A DNA stretch of 60,679 nt, filler included, from Jimgerdemannia flammicorona (lineage: Eukaryota), in NCBI GenBank assembly GCA_003990765.1. It is 2 parts of 2 records of this genome, joined end to end, with 100 filler letters (N's around TTAATTAATTAA, not from the genome) between each part and the next. Parts side by side here need not be neighbours in the genome. Positions count along the whole stretch, not along the records: positions 1 to 30,311 come from RBNJ01000450.1; 1 more part is not named here. One strand, 5' to 3'. Positions 1 through 12,900 of this stretch are shown here, piece by piece. Each line of letters opens with the position of its first letter. Within the stretch, counting starts at the first letter, position 1. Below the pieces are notes generated by a model. The model made no database searches. It saw only the letters and a program-made list of their open reading frames with translations, and was not told the DNA's origin. The translations under genes and the position numbers were made by a program.

Positions 1-163
1 TTTTTTTTTTTTTTTTTTTTTTTTTATAGTTACTCAGACTTCCCTTTATTATCTCAATCTATAAATAATAATACAATCTCACCCCTCACCCCTCAACTGA
101 TACTCCTTGGATCCTCTTCTCCATACTCCATCTCTCTCCATTAGAGGATAACTCAGCCACTTA

Positions 164-3100
164 CTACTTGAATCCTCCCTCCACTTTTCTAGCAAATATA
201 ATTTACCAAACTCCATTGACCCTCCCCCACCTGGTCCCCACCCTCTCTACCAGCTATTCAAAATATCCAGCATTAACCATTTCCATAATACTACCTTAGC
301 CCCAACCTCAATCTACTGGCCCTCCTTGAATACATGCAACCAATGTTCAGCCAGCCCAACCCAAATTGCCAAAACCCACCCCAAGGTCAACCATTCATCT
401 CTAACCTCACCCATTAACCTTCAGCAGAGGTCCCCCATCTCCCCCCTTCCCCCCCCCCCAGGGTCCACAGTCCTAACTAGTTTACAATACAGTACCAAAA
501 CTCCCCAAGGACTTCACACTTACTAAGCCAATGTTTGGATATTTGTACCACTCTCCCCTCTTGGCCAACATCTATACATTCCTCACACTCAAATGTGCCA
601 TCTGCCAACAAGTGCTCAGACTGATAGTTCAGCATCACATTCCGCCTTAGAAACCTCCACCATACTACCCAGAACTTGGGGGGGAGCCACTACATCACCT
701 GCTTGCTCCAAGGCCAAAGACTATTCCAGTCCCACTTCTTGCCAATCCCCACCCTCTGCCATGCTTCAGGCCATAGGTCCCCTCCTAGGCCCCACATATA
801 ATCCATTCCATTGCTAAGCTGGAAATCCTCCACCAATGCACCACCTAGCAGTAGCCTATCTCATCTCCACATCTGCAGTCCCCAGTCCTCCTCTCCCTCA
901 TCACTCTGCCACCGAAGTCCAATTCTCCTTACCCCATCCACCACCCCCCACCAAAAGCCTTTATATCACATCCTCCTGCTCCCATCCAGGGCCATCATTG
1001 CAAGCAGGTTGCCAGTCACTCCACAAGGAGAATATCAGACTTCCCACACTCTCTGCATGAGTGGTACCCACTCTTTGCCCCTCAACTTGCTCACCCTCTT
1101 CAGCCACCATGCTCTCAGGCAATGAAGGTGTTTGGTAAAGTCCACCAAGCCTACCCTCCTCTGTCAACAGTTAGAGTCAGAACCTCCCATCCTATCTGAC
1201 TTTGCCTCCTAGCCCAGATCCATAATCTTGCCATTTTCAGAATTCTCCTGACCACACACACTGGGAAGTCCAGATGATACTCTATATATCAGCCAATACA
1301 CATTCAGCACCATCACCCTTTCTGCCAAGGATATATGCCAACCACTCCACCTCAAGAGCACATTTCCCCATATTAGAAGCTGCTGTTCTCACCATGCATG
1401 AGGCAGGAGAGACCCATATACTGAAAAGTAGATCCCCAAGTAACAGACCAGTTCTTCTGCTGGCACTACTATTCCAATCACATTGCCACCAACTATTCCA
1501 TCACCTAACACCAGAGTCTTGCACTTGTGCCAGTTAAGTTTAGTATCTGAGCCTCTCTTATACCATTCTACAGACCTCTGTAATTCCTGCACATCTCCCA
1601 ATAAACCCAGTCCAATCACTATATTAACTGCAAAGGCCCCCACCTTCCAGTTAATTCCCAAAATGTCCAAATCCCCAATTCAACACCTGATCCTGTCCAA
1701 TAGGGGCTCTAAGGAGAGGGCATATAATATGGGTGACAAAGGATCTCTCTATAGTACCCTATGACCTAGTGGAAAAGTTACACACCTATGCCCATTCACC
1801 ACCAATACTACTTGACTATGTTCCAATAGACTGATCAATGATCTCCTGAACCCTGGGGAAACTCTCATCCATTTCAGCACTTCCTCCAGCCAAACTCTTC
1901 TCACTCTGTCATATGTCTTCTCCTGATCCAGAAACACTAGCTGGCCATCAACCCCAGCTACCTGAGCCCCTTCAATTACCCCATGGACCCAGGCAGTTCC
2001 ATCTCAGATCAACCAACCACTAACAAATCCTCTCTGCTCCACTCCTAGTACCTGCTGAGTGATCCCCTACAGTCTAGTCACCAAGATCTTTGTCACCAGT
2101 TTGCAGTCCATGTTAAGGAGCATGATTGGTTGCCAATTCTTCCAATCTTCTCTTCTCCCCTTATCCTTATAGAGCAAAGAGACCAGCCCTAGGCACTGGC
2201 CCCCAATCCAAGATCCAGATCTAAGGACCTCATTACTCATCACTATTATCTCCTCCAATACTACCTCCACTCCTGCCATCTTCTTCCAAAAATCCTAAAG
2301 TAGTCCATTCTCTCCAGAAGCTGTCTCTTTGCTCATTGAAGATAAGACCTGGCTTATCTCCTCCCCCTGCACTGGATCTCCCAGATCTCCAGGCCCATAG
2401 CTAGATCTGGATACCAATTCTCCAACTACCATTCAATGTTCAGGGCATCCTCACCATCTTCCTCCTCACTCCATAAATTTCCCCAACAAGTTCTCAGCAA
2501 TTCCAGAATCTTAGAAGTCCCTGCCACCATCTCTCCATCCTCATCCAATATCCCCTCCCACTGCTATCTGGTTCTCTGAGCCTGAAGCAATCATGGAAGA
2601 AATCTAGTGGGCCTCTCCTCCTCCTCCAACCCCTGTCACCACAACCTTGCTACCATCCCCTTTAACTGAACCTCTTCCTCCATTTGTAGCACTTTCTTTA
2701 ACTCATCAACTTCCTTTTATATCTGCAGAATTTACCAATTGGCCACCCCCCAATCCCCCAGTAACTCTGCCCATCTCCCCAGAAGCACTGCCAATCTCTG
2801 TGAAGCCCATTGCACTTGCTGCTGCCACTGAGCACTCCTTCCTTTCTCTGCCTCCCTCTAGTACCTCTGAGCACTCAATTTTAGCTGCCACCAGCAATCC
2901 CCAATCACCAATCTCTGCTCCCACCACCTCTCAATCTTCACAATAACTTCTATCTCCCAGCCTGCCCATAAGGAATCATCCTCCAGCAAAGAAGAATTCA
3001 GCCACCAATGGCCTGGCCCATCCCCACTACACCCAAATCTCCCCCTCCCTAACAGACCACAGTAATCTGACCATGGGCACCAAACCACCTCCAGTACATC

Positions 3101-3742
3101 CCAGACATCCACTCCCCAGTACTCTGCTGTCAACACCCAGTCAATTCTGGAGCCTAGCCCTGCCACCCAATGGGTATAGATTCAGCAATCCACCCAAAAC
3201 TATTGCCCCAAGTCAACCAAGAAGCTCAACCTCTCAATCTCCATCCAATCATCCAAACTGTCACTTTTGCCTCTCACTCCTCTCCTGCCATCAGTCCTGT
3301 CCAACCCATTATTATATATCATGTTGAAATCACCCCCCAAACAATCAATCCCTGCCTCATCCATAACACTAGCCTCACTCAGGTCTCTGATCCAATCTAT
3401 GCATTCCCCCCTCTCAGTCAGACAATAACATGACCCAACAGTCAAAGGGTTCCACTCCAGCCTCTTCCAAACTTCCCACACCAACCTACTCTCCCAATGT
3501 CCAATGTCTCCAATATCCTCCATCCCCTTTCTAATCAGAATGCCCACCCACCCAGTCTATATAGCTGCCCCCCCCCATTCTCTAGTCCAGTCCTGTAAAT
3601 CCACATCTACCTCATACTGCACATCCTACAATAAGAAGAGATCTACATCCAGTCCCTCCAGCCAGCCAAAGATATTCCTACACTGTGCCACTCCTCTCAG
3701 CCCATTGACATTCAAAGAAAAAATTCTAGTTATACTATTCAT
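164..3742 (-). pseudogene. LINE ORF2 (APE endonuclease + reverse transcriptase), multiple stops and frameshifts
   Basis: Starts MNSITRIFSLNVNGLRG at 3742. ORF-track fragments 3200-3547, 2858-3166, 2067-2279, 1749-1937 and 1389-1670 carry the motifs. 3' end approximate. Confidence 0.85.
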
Positions 3743-3773
3743 ATTGAATAATATTTGATATTGAGGGCCCAGT

Positions 3774-5689
3774 CTAGAATTCCATACTTATCTCATTACT
3801 AGTAAGATCCAAGCACCACTCTGGCTCCAACTCACCCTCCACTACAGCCTGAGCATCCAGTGCTTCCAAGATTTCCTGATACTCCACCCCATCTACAACC
3901 TCTATTTCTACCTGATAATCTGTACATACCACTCTCCACTTCTCCAACCCTTTCCTTGAACCCCATAGGTATGCCACTTGGTCATTTGCAATCTCTCAAA
4001 GGGCCTCCTCCCTCTGATCATCAACTTGATATTCCTCTGACTCCAAGAGCACCCCTAGGATCTCATTCTCAATCTTCCTCAGTATCTCCTCTCTATGAAG
4101 AATTTCTTCCCAATACCTATCACTTAGTATCCAGAAGTTCTCTCCCCCTAGCTCCTCAGCTGCCACTCTCTCCAGAGTCTTCCATAGCCACTTCTCCTCA
4201 TCCACCACCTCAGCAATGCCCTGGGCAACCTCTTTGACCTCCACCACCAGGTCCACCAAAGTGCTCCTCCTTCCCAACTCATCCCACTCCTCCTCTAGTA
4301 TGTCTAGTAGTTTCTCCTCCCCCTCTGCCCTACCTGGAACACTATACTGAGAGTATATCTTCTTTCTCATTTCTGCATCCTCTGCTATACTGCCCAGTTT
4401 CTCCTCATTTGATCCACTCTGGTCTGCAATCTGATCCACCCTATGCTCTCCAGCCCAGGTGCTCTCCTTCAGTCCAGCACCACCTTCTCCCATCCTGCTA
4501 TTCACTCCACCCTCTCCCAGCTTCTCCAACAACTCCTTCTGGATTCACCTCTCCTGCATCTCTCCCAGGTCCCCTTGTCCATCCTGACTCTCTTGCCATC
4601 CACAATCTCCACCACCATCTTGGCCTCATACTTCTTCCAAGCCAATCTCCTCCACTCAACAGCTCCCACTAGATCTTCAAGAGCCTCCAGTAAGTCCTCC
4701 TCTTCCTCCTGCATCCCTTTCACCTGCAAGACCTTGCACTTAACTTGTCCCCACTTAAGAGCAGCAGGTCAGTCCCTTGTCTTCCCCATGTTCTCTCTTT
4801 TAGCCAGCCTCACTCTGATATCAATATCTCCCATCTAAAGTTCTGTACCCTCCCAGACTCTCAACCCAATGTCTACAATCTCCCCATACTCCTTGACTGC
4901 CTTCACAATCAACTTTCTGGCCCTTTCTCTTGATACCATAGGAAGGTCCAATACTGTCAACTGTACTACTCAAAGGTCCCAGCATATATATCTAGCTATA
5001 GAAACCACTACTCTGCCCACTGCTACCCCCTTTTCCATGGCTTCCAACAATAATGCCTCTTCCTCAAACCCAACCTTGACCCCTTTCTTCCTCTTCAAGA
5101 ACTTCACTAAAGCTGCCCCCTTTACCTCCTGTGCTACCAACTCCAGAATCATCCTCACAGTCACTGCTAAGTCTTGGAAGCACAGTATGATAGTGAATTC
5201 TGACTGTGACTTTTTGAGTAACAGTGCCAACACTATGCCAGTCACACCATCAGTCAGGTCCCTGGGCCTTATGCTCACCCCCTATCCTGATCTGCCAACA
5301 ACTGTCACATCTGGATTTTTTTTCAGATCCCTAGTCACAGCTCTATCAGTAGTTACATCACTAGCCTCTACTCTCCCCCTCCCTCTACTTTCTGACCCTC
5401 CCATGGGGGCCCCTCCCTGGACCCCCACCAAGGCTATCAGTGCCATCCCCAGTCCCAACCAACTATCCAGACCAGATGCCATTCTCCCCATCTTGACCTT
5501 ATTAGCAAAGGTCATCCTCTTCTCTCCTTGTTGGCACAATCCACCCCTCCCTCTACCACCAGTGCCATGGTCAGCTATAGAAGGCCCTGGCATCCCCAAT
5601 CCATCTCTCCTCCTCCCTACATGCTGCCAGTCAAAGGTACTACTGCCCCCCTGGCTGGTATACTCACCAGTACAATTGTTACTATCCAT
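3774..5689 (-). pseudogene. LINE ORF1, Glu-rich, fragmented
   Basis: Fragments 5282-5689, 4970-5278, 4502-4729, 3996-4532 and 3774-3977 match the ORF1 fragments of the second LINE (FDWQHVGR, LCFQxLAVTVRM, EEEEDLLE). Confidence 0.75.
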
Positions 5690-6072
5690 ATTGATAGTCT
5701 CCTTTTACCAAAAATATTGCAAAAAGTATTGTCTGAGTCTTATGTCACCTGAATGTTACTGATGAAAGGTTGCTGGATACTAGCTATCCTCCCTTCATCA
5801 CATCTGCAAAACTTGCCCTCTCCGACCCCTGCCCTCTGACCCTGCTCCCTCCCCATCCATGACCTCCTGCCAGCAGACCCCTCATGCTCTCCCCCAAGCC
5901 AGAGCCTCTCCCCACATGCTGCTAGTCAAATGTGCTAGGGCCACCCTGCCCAGTATATACCTCAGAACATATATTAGTTGATATATTACTAGATACTTCT
6001 TTTTGAAAACTGTGTTGTGAGTATTGCTAAAAGGTTGTATAACCTGAATGTTATCAGAGAAAGGTGGTGAGA

Positions 6073-6711
6073 ATATCTGTAAGATACTGCTCTATTGCTC
6101 TACTTACTTTCAGTTTATGATCAACTGACTCTGAAATGGTCCAGAACAAAGTAAGGCTTAGTCCTGAATAGACAAGACACTATATGCACTGAAGTCTGTC
6201 TCAGACTTTGCAAGCTTTGTAGAGGATCATAAGGAGTTGTTTTCTGCCCAGTCCTGACCCTTTTCTGTCAAGTTCTTCGAGACCACTGATACTTGAAAAA
6301 ATTGAAATGATACAGAGAAGATTAGCATGGCCCCTGCATAAGGATGACACTATCTTCCTGAGTAGATAGTCCTATATGGAGTCCTGACCCTTTCTCCTTT
6401 AATCTATTCCACTCTCTCCTTCTGACAGCAATTGCCTGCTGGTCCTTTCCTTCTTTTTCCTTCAGGTGTTTCCTGGCTCACATGCCAAGCTTTCTGGACT
6501 AAGAGACTCCAGGAGAGTCAAGACATCATTTATTACTATGTTTTACAAATGTCTCATACATATGTCTTAGACAGATGAAATTTCATGTATACACCATGTT
6601 TAAGTCAAATAAAGCATGCCAACACTTTCAGGATCACAGAAACCAACTCCTCATGGTCCTCCACAAAGCTTGCAAAGTCTACGGCACCTACAGCGCCTTG
6701 TCTATCTGGGA
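6073..6711 (+). mobile_element. 3' end of a DIRS-type retrotransposon (ICR + right ITR), cut off on the left by the LINE
   Basis: 6128-6245 matches the ICR at 13962-14081. 6470-6711 matches the right ITR region 14190-14448. Confidence 0.88.
6264..6379 (+). ncRNA. U6: U6 snRNA retrocopy (probable pseudogene) with 14-bp TSD
   Basis: 6297-6350 AAAAATTGAAATGATACAGAGAAGATTAGCATGGCCCCTGCATAAGGATGACAC is the U6 core (ACAGAGA box, AGC triad, ISL). Flanked by AGTCCTGACCCTTT at 6250-6263 and 6380-6393. Confidence 0.93.
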
Positions 6712-6905
6712 ATTTAGTTTTTCATTTTAGAACCAGTGAGGGCTTGTGTAGTAATTAGATCAGGGCTCTCATTTCCTATTCTATATTGTTGAGGTTTAAG
6801 CTATATTAAATCAAAATTAAAACAGCAGAGGAGGGTATTCCACTTCTCTGAAAGGTGGTGGGCCGAGAATTTGAAACTTCAAAGAGAAAATAAAGCAAAT
6901 AAGTT
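6712..6905 (-). promoter_or_regulatory. Orphan upstream module of the tandem gene family (coding part displaced by DIRS)
   Basis: Matches the conserved upstream blocks at ~8870-9030, 16020-16215, 18260-18410, 28020-28125 and 28970-29090 (e.g. CTCTGAAAGGTGGTGGGCCGA, CTTCAAAGAGAAAATAAA). Confidence 0.7.
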
Positions 6906-7319
6906 CATGTATGATGTTCTATCATGTAATCACTATGGTGACCCTTTGAAAATAGGAGCCAAAAAATAACAAGGAAAAATGAAACTATAAGGTCAAAGAA
7001 AGTTAGGAGAAATGAGTTCACTTAGATGTACACTCAGAGAATTGGTTCTGACTCAGGCCATGAGTGAAATTGCTCGGAGTTATGTAATTATGTTATAGGT
7101 CAAATTCTGATTTTGATGATTTGACAATGGTGCATCGGCCCAAAATGCCGGAATTGTATATAGCCATTTGGTACCAGAATATTCATACAAGAGCTCCTGC
7201 ACAAGAGACTTATATAAGACCGATACAAAAACAAGCCTAACTGCATATTTGTACTGGAAATAAAGCCCTTGTACAACACTTGAGAACTGCGACTTTAGTT
7301 ATAGCTGCAGTTGAAACAA

Positions 7320-7752
7320 CAGGTTGTCATTATTTTGCTCTGTCGTCGCCATTTCCAACCCATTGTTGTCACTATTTTGCAGTTCGTCATCGCCATTTCA
7401 GCCCGCCATCGGCACTTTACAGGCCGTCATCATTTTGCAACCCATTGTCGTCATTATTTTTCTGTTGGCAGTCCATCATTGTCGTTTTCAGTCCATCATC
7501 GTCATTTTGCAGTCCGTCAGCAGTCCATCGTTGTCGTTTTGCAGTCCGTCGTTGTCGTTTTGCAGTCCGTCATAGTCATTTTGCAGTCCGTCAGCAGTCC
7601 ATCATTGTCATTTTGCAGTCCGTCGTCATCGTTTTGCAGTCTGTCATCGTCATCTTGCAGTCTGTTGTCATTGTTTTGCAGTCCGTCATCGTCATTTTGC
7701 AGTCCGTTGTCGTCGTTTTGCAGTCTGTCGTCATCATTTTGCAGTCCGTTGT
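7320..7752 (+). repeat. Minisatellite, ~21-bp unit TTTTGCAGTCCGTCGTCATCG (forward orientation)
   Basis: Visible tandem copies. They produce the low-complexity ORFs (LQSVVIV)n and (LQNDDDG)n. Confidence 0.9.
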
Positions 7753-8385
7753 GGCTATTTCCTATCCCTTTGATAACAACACAGAAATCCTGCAGAGTTT
7801 CATATCGACATATCCTTAGTATCCTCAACAGAACTGATACCAAGATACCTAAACAGTAGAAAAAAAAAAATGTATATTATATGATTTCTCGTCACAGTTT
7901 CATAATTTTCATGGCTCTTCATGAAATGCCAACATGGCATGTCACGTAGCGTATGAATGTGCACCGTGCTTTCACATCATGGTCCTTGGGTCTGTGTTGC
8001 CATACCAATGCATTCCTGAACGAGTAGACGAAACCAGCATCTGTTTAAATTGTTTTATTGAGGGAAATATGTAATAGAATGCACACAAAGGTAAATTTTA
8101 CTATACAACATGTTGACAGATACTACCAGTGTTTTTGACCTTAAAGCTCCAACTATTCGTGCTACAACAAAAAAAAAAAAAGAGTGATAATTGCATAGTT
8201 TAATTGAAGTACCTGAAGGCTTAAGTGGAAGATATTAATGCGGAAAGGCAAAATGGTATGGATAGATATATAGGCATAAAAATGAGAATAATACATATTG
8301 TTCATAATGTTCTCTCTGCTTTAAACAAGTCATGCCACTAGGTAAATGAACTTGTTAGAATGCATGTGTTTCATAAATAAAGTTT

Positions 8386-8844
8386 CTATTTAAAATCGTG
8401 GAATCGCAGTCGAAAGCGAATCAAGCGCATATTGGGGCCCTCCGCCTCTGTACTGATGTCGTCCACATTGAGCCGGCCCCTATTCACCATTGTCATGAGC
8501 TCCAGCTTGAAATTTTCCAACTCGGACTTGCTCCGGTCAAAGCGCTCATCGACGAAGTCAAAGAATATTTCCCAGGCTGGGCCGCGGCAGGTGCGGCACT
8601 CGAAAAAGGTCAGTTTATTCAACACCTCCTTTTGGTTCTTGTTGTCTGCAGGGTCTTTTGCCGTGGCTGCCACCAGCCTCTCCAGTTTCAAGTTCAGAAA
8701 CTGCAAGTCAAGCACCACGAAGCTGCCCCAGTATTTTTTCTTCACTAGGATGTGGTCATGGATCGCCTGAATGATGCGCGCTATGTGTACACTGTACACC
8801 TCCATCATAGGGCTATGGCAACGGTTTGAGAATGTGTCATCCAT
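8386..8844 (-). CDS. Uncharacterised 152-aa protein, tandem family copy 1 (lacks the Gly2 motif, shorter N-terminus)
   Basis: Intact ORF. Aligns by eye with 17626-18132 and 27257-27787 (WGSFVVLDL, ERLVAxTAKDPAD, VNRGRL, MRLIRF). CpG retained, TATA-like sequence ~50 bp upstream. Confidence 0.8.
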   Translation of the reverse strand: MDDTFSNRCHSPMMEVYSVHIARIIQAIHDHILVKKKYWGSFVVLDLQFLNLKLERLVAATAKDPADNKNQKEVLNKLTFFECRTCRGPAWEIFFDFVDERFDRSKSELENFKLELMTMVNRGRLNVDDISTEAEGPNMRLIRFRLRFHDFK

Positions 8845-9351
8845 GTTGGATTCGGAATCAAATTTTTATTATTACAGAGCAGAGGGGTTTGTATATAGTT
8901 ATTAGAAGGGGCTGTGTAAGCCGGTATTAATTAAAGTTCAATCATCACAGCGGAGAGTGTTTCATTCCTCTGAAAGATAGTGGGCCAACCGACCGTTTGC
9001 AATTTAAAAATGAAATTCCAATAAACAAAAAAGCTAACAGTACAGTGGGGCATGCTTTAGTAACGAGTGGGCCATTTAGAGAAAATAAATAATGAATGAA
9101 AATTTCAGTTCAGCCTTCTCTTTTAATTGCTGACACTTTGAAAAATAGGGGCAAAAAAAGATAACACAATGACAAATATAACCATGAAGTCCGGAAAAAC
9201 ATAATTCACCTAGAAAGCACATTATGTAGGCTTGGAGACCAGTATGTATAGTAGTATTCTACAGCCAAACCTGACCAGACTTGACCTGCGATTGGAGTTA
9301 TTCATATAATTTGGACACCATTTTCATCATAAAGCCATGTCACATATATAT

Positions 9352-9618
9352 ATAGGGTCATTTGAATCAAATTGAATTTGAATCAAATTGAGGGTCTGAT
9401 TTGAACCCTATTTTTCAAAATGTAATAACTTGACGAAACTACATCCAAATTTAATAATATTTAGATTGTTAGATTTCTCTTATATAGGGGAATCTAACAA
9501 GCTAAAGATCATTAAATTTGGATGTGTTTTTGTTGAGTTATTATATTTCAAAAAATAGAGTTCAAATTGAATTTCAAATCAAATTAGCCTTTGCTTTGAT
9601 TTGAATCGAATTGAATTA
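9352..9618. repeat. Fold-back / MITE-like element with ~170-bp imperfect palindrome
   Basis: 9398-9480 is the reverse complement of 9487-9568 (CATCCAAATTTAAT / ATTAAATTTGGATG). GAATC-type short repeats on both sides. Confidence 0.7.
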
Positions 9619-10999
9619 GACTAAGCATCACTTTGTTCTGGACCATTTCAGAGTTAGTTTCTGCCATCCTGAAAGTGTTGGCATGCTTTATTTTGTCTTA
9701 AACATGGGTTTATACATGCGAATTTCCTTCTGTCTAAGACATATATATATGAGACATTTCATGTAAAACATAGTAATAAAAGAACATCTTGACTCCCACA
9801 GAGTCCCTTAGTCATTTTGAAAGCTTGGCAGTTCACCTCTTCTCACGACCCACAGAATCCTTTCTTATCACATTACTATGAGCAATGAACAACTCCTTCA
9901 ACAATAACAGACCACTCTGGCCAAGTGCACCAAGTTCCTTTGCCAGATCACTGAGGCTGTCATAGTCAGCCTCTGCCCTCCTCCACCAGATCCAGAGGTC
10001 ACAAACCAGCATGACCAACAATGCCTCATTGACACTCTTTTCCTTTAGCATTCCTGACATTCCAACCCTGTGGTTCTTAGACTCAATGGGAATCCCAATG
10101 ATATGGATCTCCACAACAATGCCAACAGCAGTGATGATGAATTCCTCACAGGAGCCAAGTCTCAGGCCATCGAGAGATATCATGTATCTCCCACATTTAC
10201 TGATGCCATTCTACCAGAATGCATTGAAGCACACCTCTCCTCTGCCAGTTTCAAAAAACTCCTCCATTGAAACCCCAAACCCAAATGGGGTGTCTCCATA
10301 CCCCCTCTATTGATGAAGTATTCATGGACGATTTCAGCAAATCTGCCAAAGAAGCAGACAAGGTTCTTGCTGACATCCAACAAGTGATCTACAACACCCT
10401 CCAGCCCATCACCATCACTCTCCAGGTCCTTGAACCTCACTCTGATGGAGCTGATCTCCACTACTATGGGCTAGTCCACGATGCTATTATTGCCCCTTTG
10501 GTGGAAAAACTGCAAGACTCTCTCTGGATTAGATTTCACAAAGTAGAACATATCCATATCCACTGCTGTATTGAACTCACCAAATCCACAGAATGGTCAC
10601 CTGCCCTCATCTCTATCTGCCACACAGTGGCTTCTGGCTCTGAGTATGATGGTGACCTGCTCAGCACCAAATTCACCCACTATTTTTAAGATGATGCCAA
10701 ACACTGCAAGCACCTCCTTATAGTCAAAGCAACCTCCAAACCAAGAGGTAATCCAACTCCATCCTGCAGCCCCAATGGTTACAGCCAGAGAAATGGGTCC
10801 CAGGGTGGCCACCACCCTGGCTACTGAAATTCTCAACAACAGAGCTCCCAGAATTGCACTCTGAGTATATACAGCCAAGGAGGTTCCCAGTACCAAGCTC
10901 CAAATCTGGGCAACAGCACATTTACACCTACTACTCAACTCTGAAGAACCAATTGATCTACCATACCATTACTTCCAAGATCTTGAATATCATCTCAAA

Positions 11000-12900
11000 G
11001 ATGGGGGCATGGTTAGCCCAGGTCCCTGAGACCATTTGGATGACCCTGGGCATCAACTGCTGGGTCATTGATATAGCCCATGGCAAGAACCGCATCAAAT
11101 GGTTACAACCCCCAACCCCACTCCAGACTGAACCCAGGTTCTCCTACAAGAAGGGCATGTTAGCAATGGAGAAGGCCCTGGTAGATACCACCATTGCCGA
11201 GTTCCAGGACAAGGAGGCCATCTACCCCACCTAGGATAGAGAGCCACTCTTCTTCTCCAACATCTTCACAATCCCCCAGGTTGACAAGAACTAAGCCTGA
11301 CTTGATGCCTATTCACTGAATGAGTTCATAAGGCAATTGTACTTCAAGATGGAAGGTATCCAGACCCTATGCCATATGGTCTGGCCTGGTGACCACCTTG
11401 TCAAGATCGACATAAAGGATGCCTACCTACACATTCCCTTATACCTAGCTGATCAACAGTTCCTCACCTTTCAGTGGTAGAAGATCAACTGGAAATTCTG
11501 TGCTATACCATTTGGCCTGTTGTCTGCCCTGCGTATCTGAACAAAGATGATGGTGGCAGTTCTGGAGCCTCTTCAAGCAAGGGGCATCCAGCTCACCTAT
11601 TATATCAACAACATATGTCTCCTGGCCTCTATGAGGGATAAAGCGCTCTGACATAGAAGAATTGTTCACAACCATCTGGAGACATTGGGTTTTCTTCTAT
11701 ATCCAATAAAATGCATATGGGAACCCATGCAGCAATAGACATTCCTGGGGTTCCTGGTCAATACCATCAACATGAAACTCCACTTACCCAAGGATAAGGT
11801 ACACAAGATCCACAAGAAAACTGCATCCCTCCTCCATCTGATGACTGCAATCCCTATATGTAAGGTAGCATCACTGGTTGATCTTTGTAACTCTATGGTA
11901 CAGGTGATCTTTCTGGCCTGGTTTCGAGTGTGGTCTCTCATTCAGGACATCTAGGACTCCCTTAATACCAATAACCACAACTGGAATAGTCTCATATTCA
12001 TCTCTCCAACATCTCAGAAGGACCTCTGTTGGTGGTCCCTCAAGCTCTCCAGCTAGAATGGTCAGTTCCTACTTACTGAACACCCTGAGGTCACATTGAT
12101 ATGGACACTAGTGATCTAGGTTAGGGCTTCGAAATCACTGCTTTTATGTCTACTAGCTAAGCGATGCAGCAAGCAATAGGCACTTGGACCCCTGCAGAAT
12201 GATACTGCTCCATCAACTATCATGAACTCAAGACAGTCCTGTTTGTACTCCAGATCAACAACTGCCATTGGGAGGGCCACACAGTCCTCATTCAGATGGA
12301 CAACATGACCATGAGGGCTTTCATCAATAAGCAAGAGGGCTCTCTCCTCCACCTGAACAAGATCACTACCAAGATACACCACATCTGTATGATGAGGAGG
12401 ATATGCCTCTTCACTGAATACATCTCTAGGATCAAAACATGTATGCTGATTTTCTGAGCCGCATCCACCCCAGCCCAGATGAATGGTAACTCAACCTGAT
12501 GATATTCCATCATCTCCTCCATTGGGGTCCCATACATCTGGACCTCTTCATATCATGGACAATGACCCAGGCCCCCCTCTTCTACAGCTGGTGGGTGGAC
12601 CCTGAGGCCCTGGGTACCAATGCTTTTCAATATCAATGGCTGACCTCTAGTGCTTATGCAAACCCACTATGGATCCTCCTCAACTGCATACTGTGCAAGG
12701 TCAAGGATAATAGGTGTGCTTGCCTAGTCCTCATCATGCCATTTTGGCAATGATAGAGCTAGTGGTCCAAACTCCTGGAAATGACAACTGCTCCTCCCAT
12801 TCTCCTTTCTTATTATCTCCTGATGACAATGATGATGATGACAATAACATGAATGATGCACTGGGATGCCCTGGTATGGCAAATCAGCAGTGATCCCCTG
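11000..12900 (+). pseudogene. DIRS pol: RT, RNase H, methyltransferase-like domain
   Basis: KIDIKDAYLHIP (~11403), IPFGL (~11505), YINN in place of YxDD (~11601), IQMDN (~12290), DLF...DPEALGTNAF.YQW....YANP (12541-12666). Ends approximate. Confidence 0.85.

Larger units (their letters stand above)
1..6072 (-). mobile_element. Decayed non-LTR retrotransposon (LINE, L1/Tx1-like), apparently full length
   Basis: Poly-T at 1-25 is the poly(A) tail. Minus-strand fragments give APE endonuclease (GGDFN, GSRIDWVL), RT (FLDQEKTYDRV, WKVGAFAVN) and ORF1. Colinear with the LINE at 35411-41305; 5' end placed by that comparison. Confidence 0.92.

Noticed and set aside
4869..5762. 297-aa plus-strand ORF and other Pro/Ser-rich ORFs opposite the LINEs
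   Set aside because: Antisense to the G-rich LINE ORF1/ORF2. The composition reflects strand bias, not a separate gene.
6264..6379. Functional U6 gene
   Set aside because: It lies inside a TE between direct repeats, has substitutions in the core (AAATGATAC, GCATAAGG) and has no oligo-T terminator directly after the U6 3' region.
7280..7859. Heptad-like ORFs (LQSVVIV)n / (LQNDDDG)n
   Set aside because: Products of the 21-bp minisatellite. Unit length and orientation differ between array units, so no consistent protein exists.
8398..8770. Plus-strand ORFs overlapping each family gene (also 17611-18010 and 27269-27731)
   Set aside because: Antisense shadows of GC-rich coding sequence. Their starts and ends vary between copies, while the minus frame has the ATG, TATA and conserved stop context.
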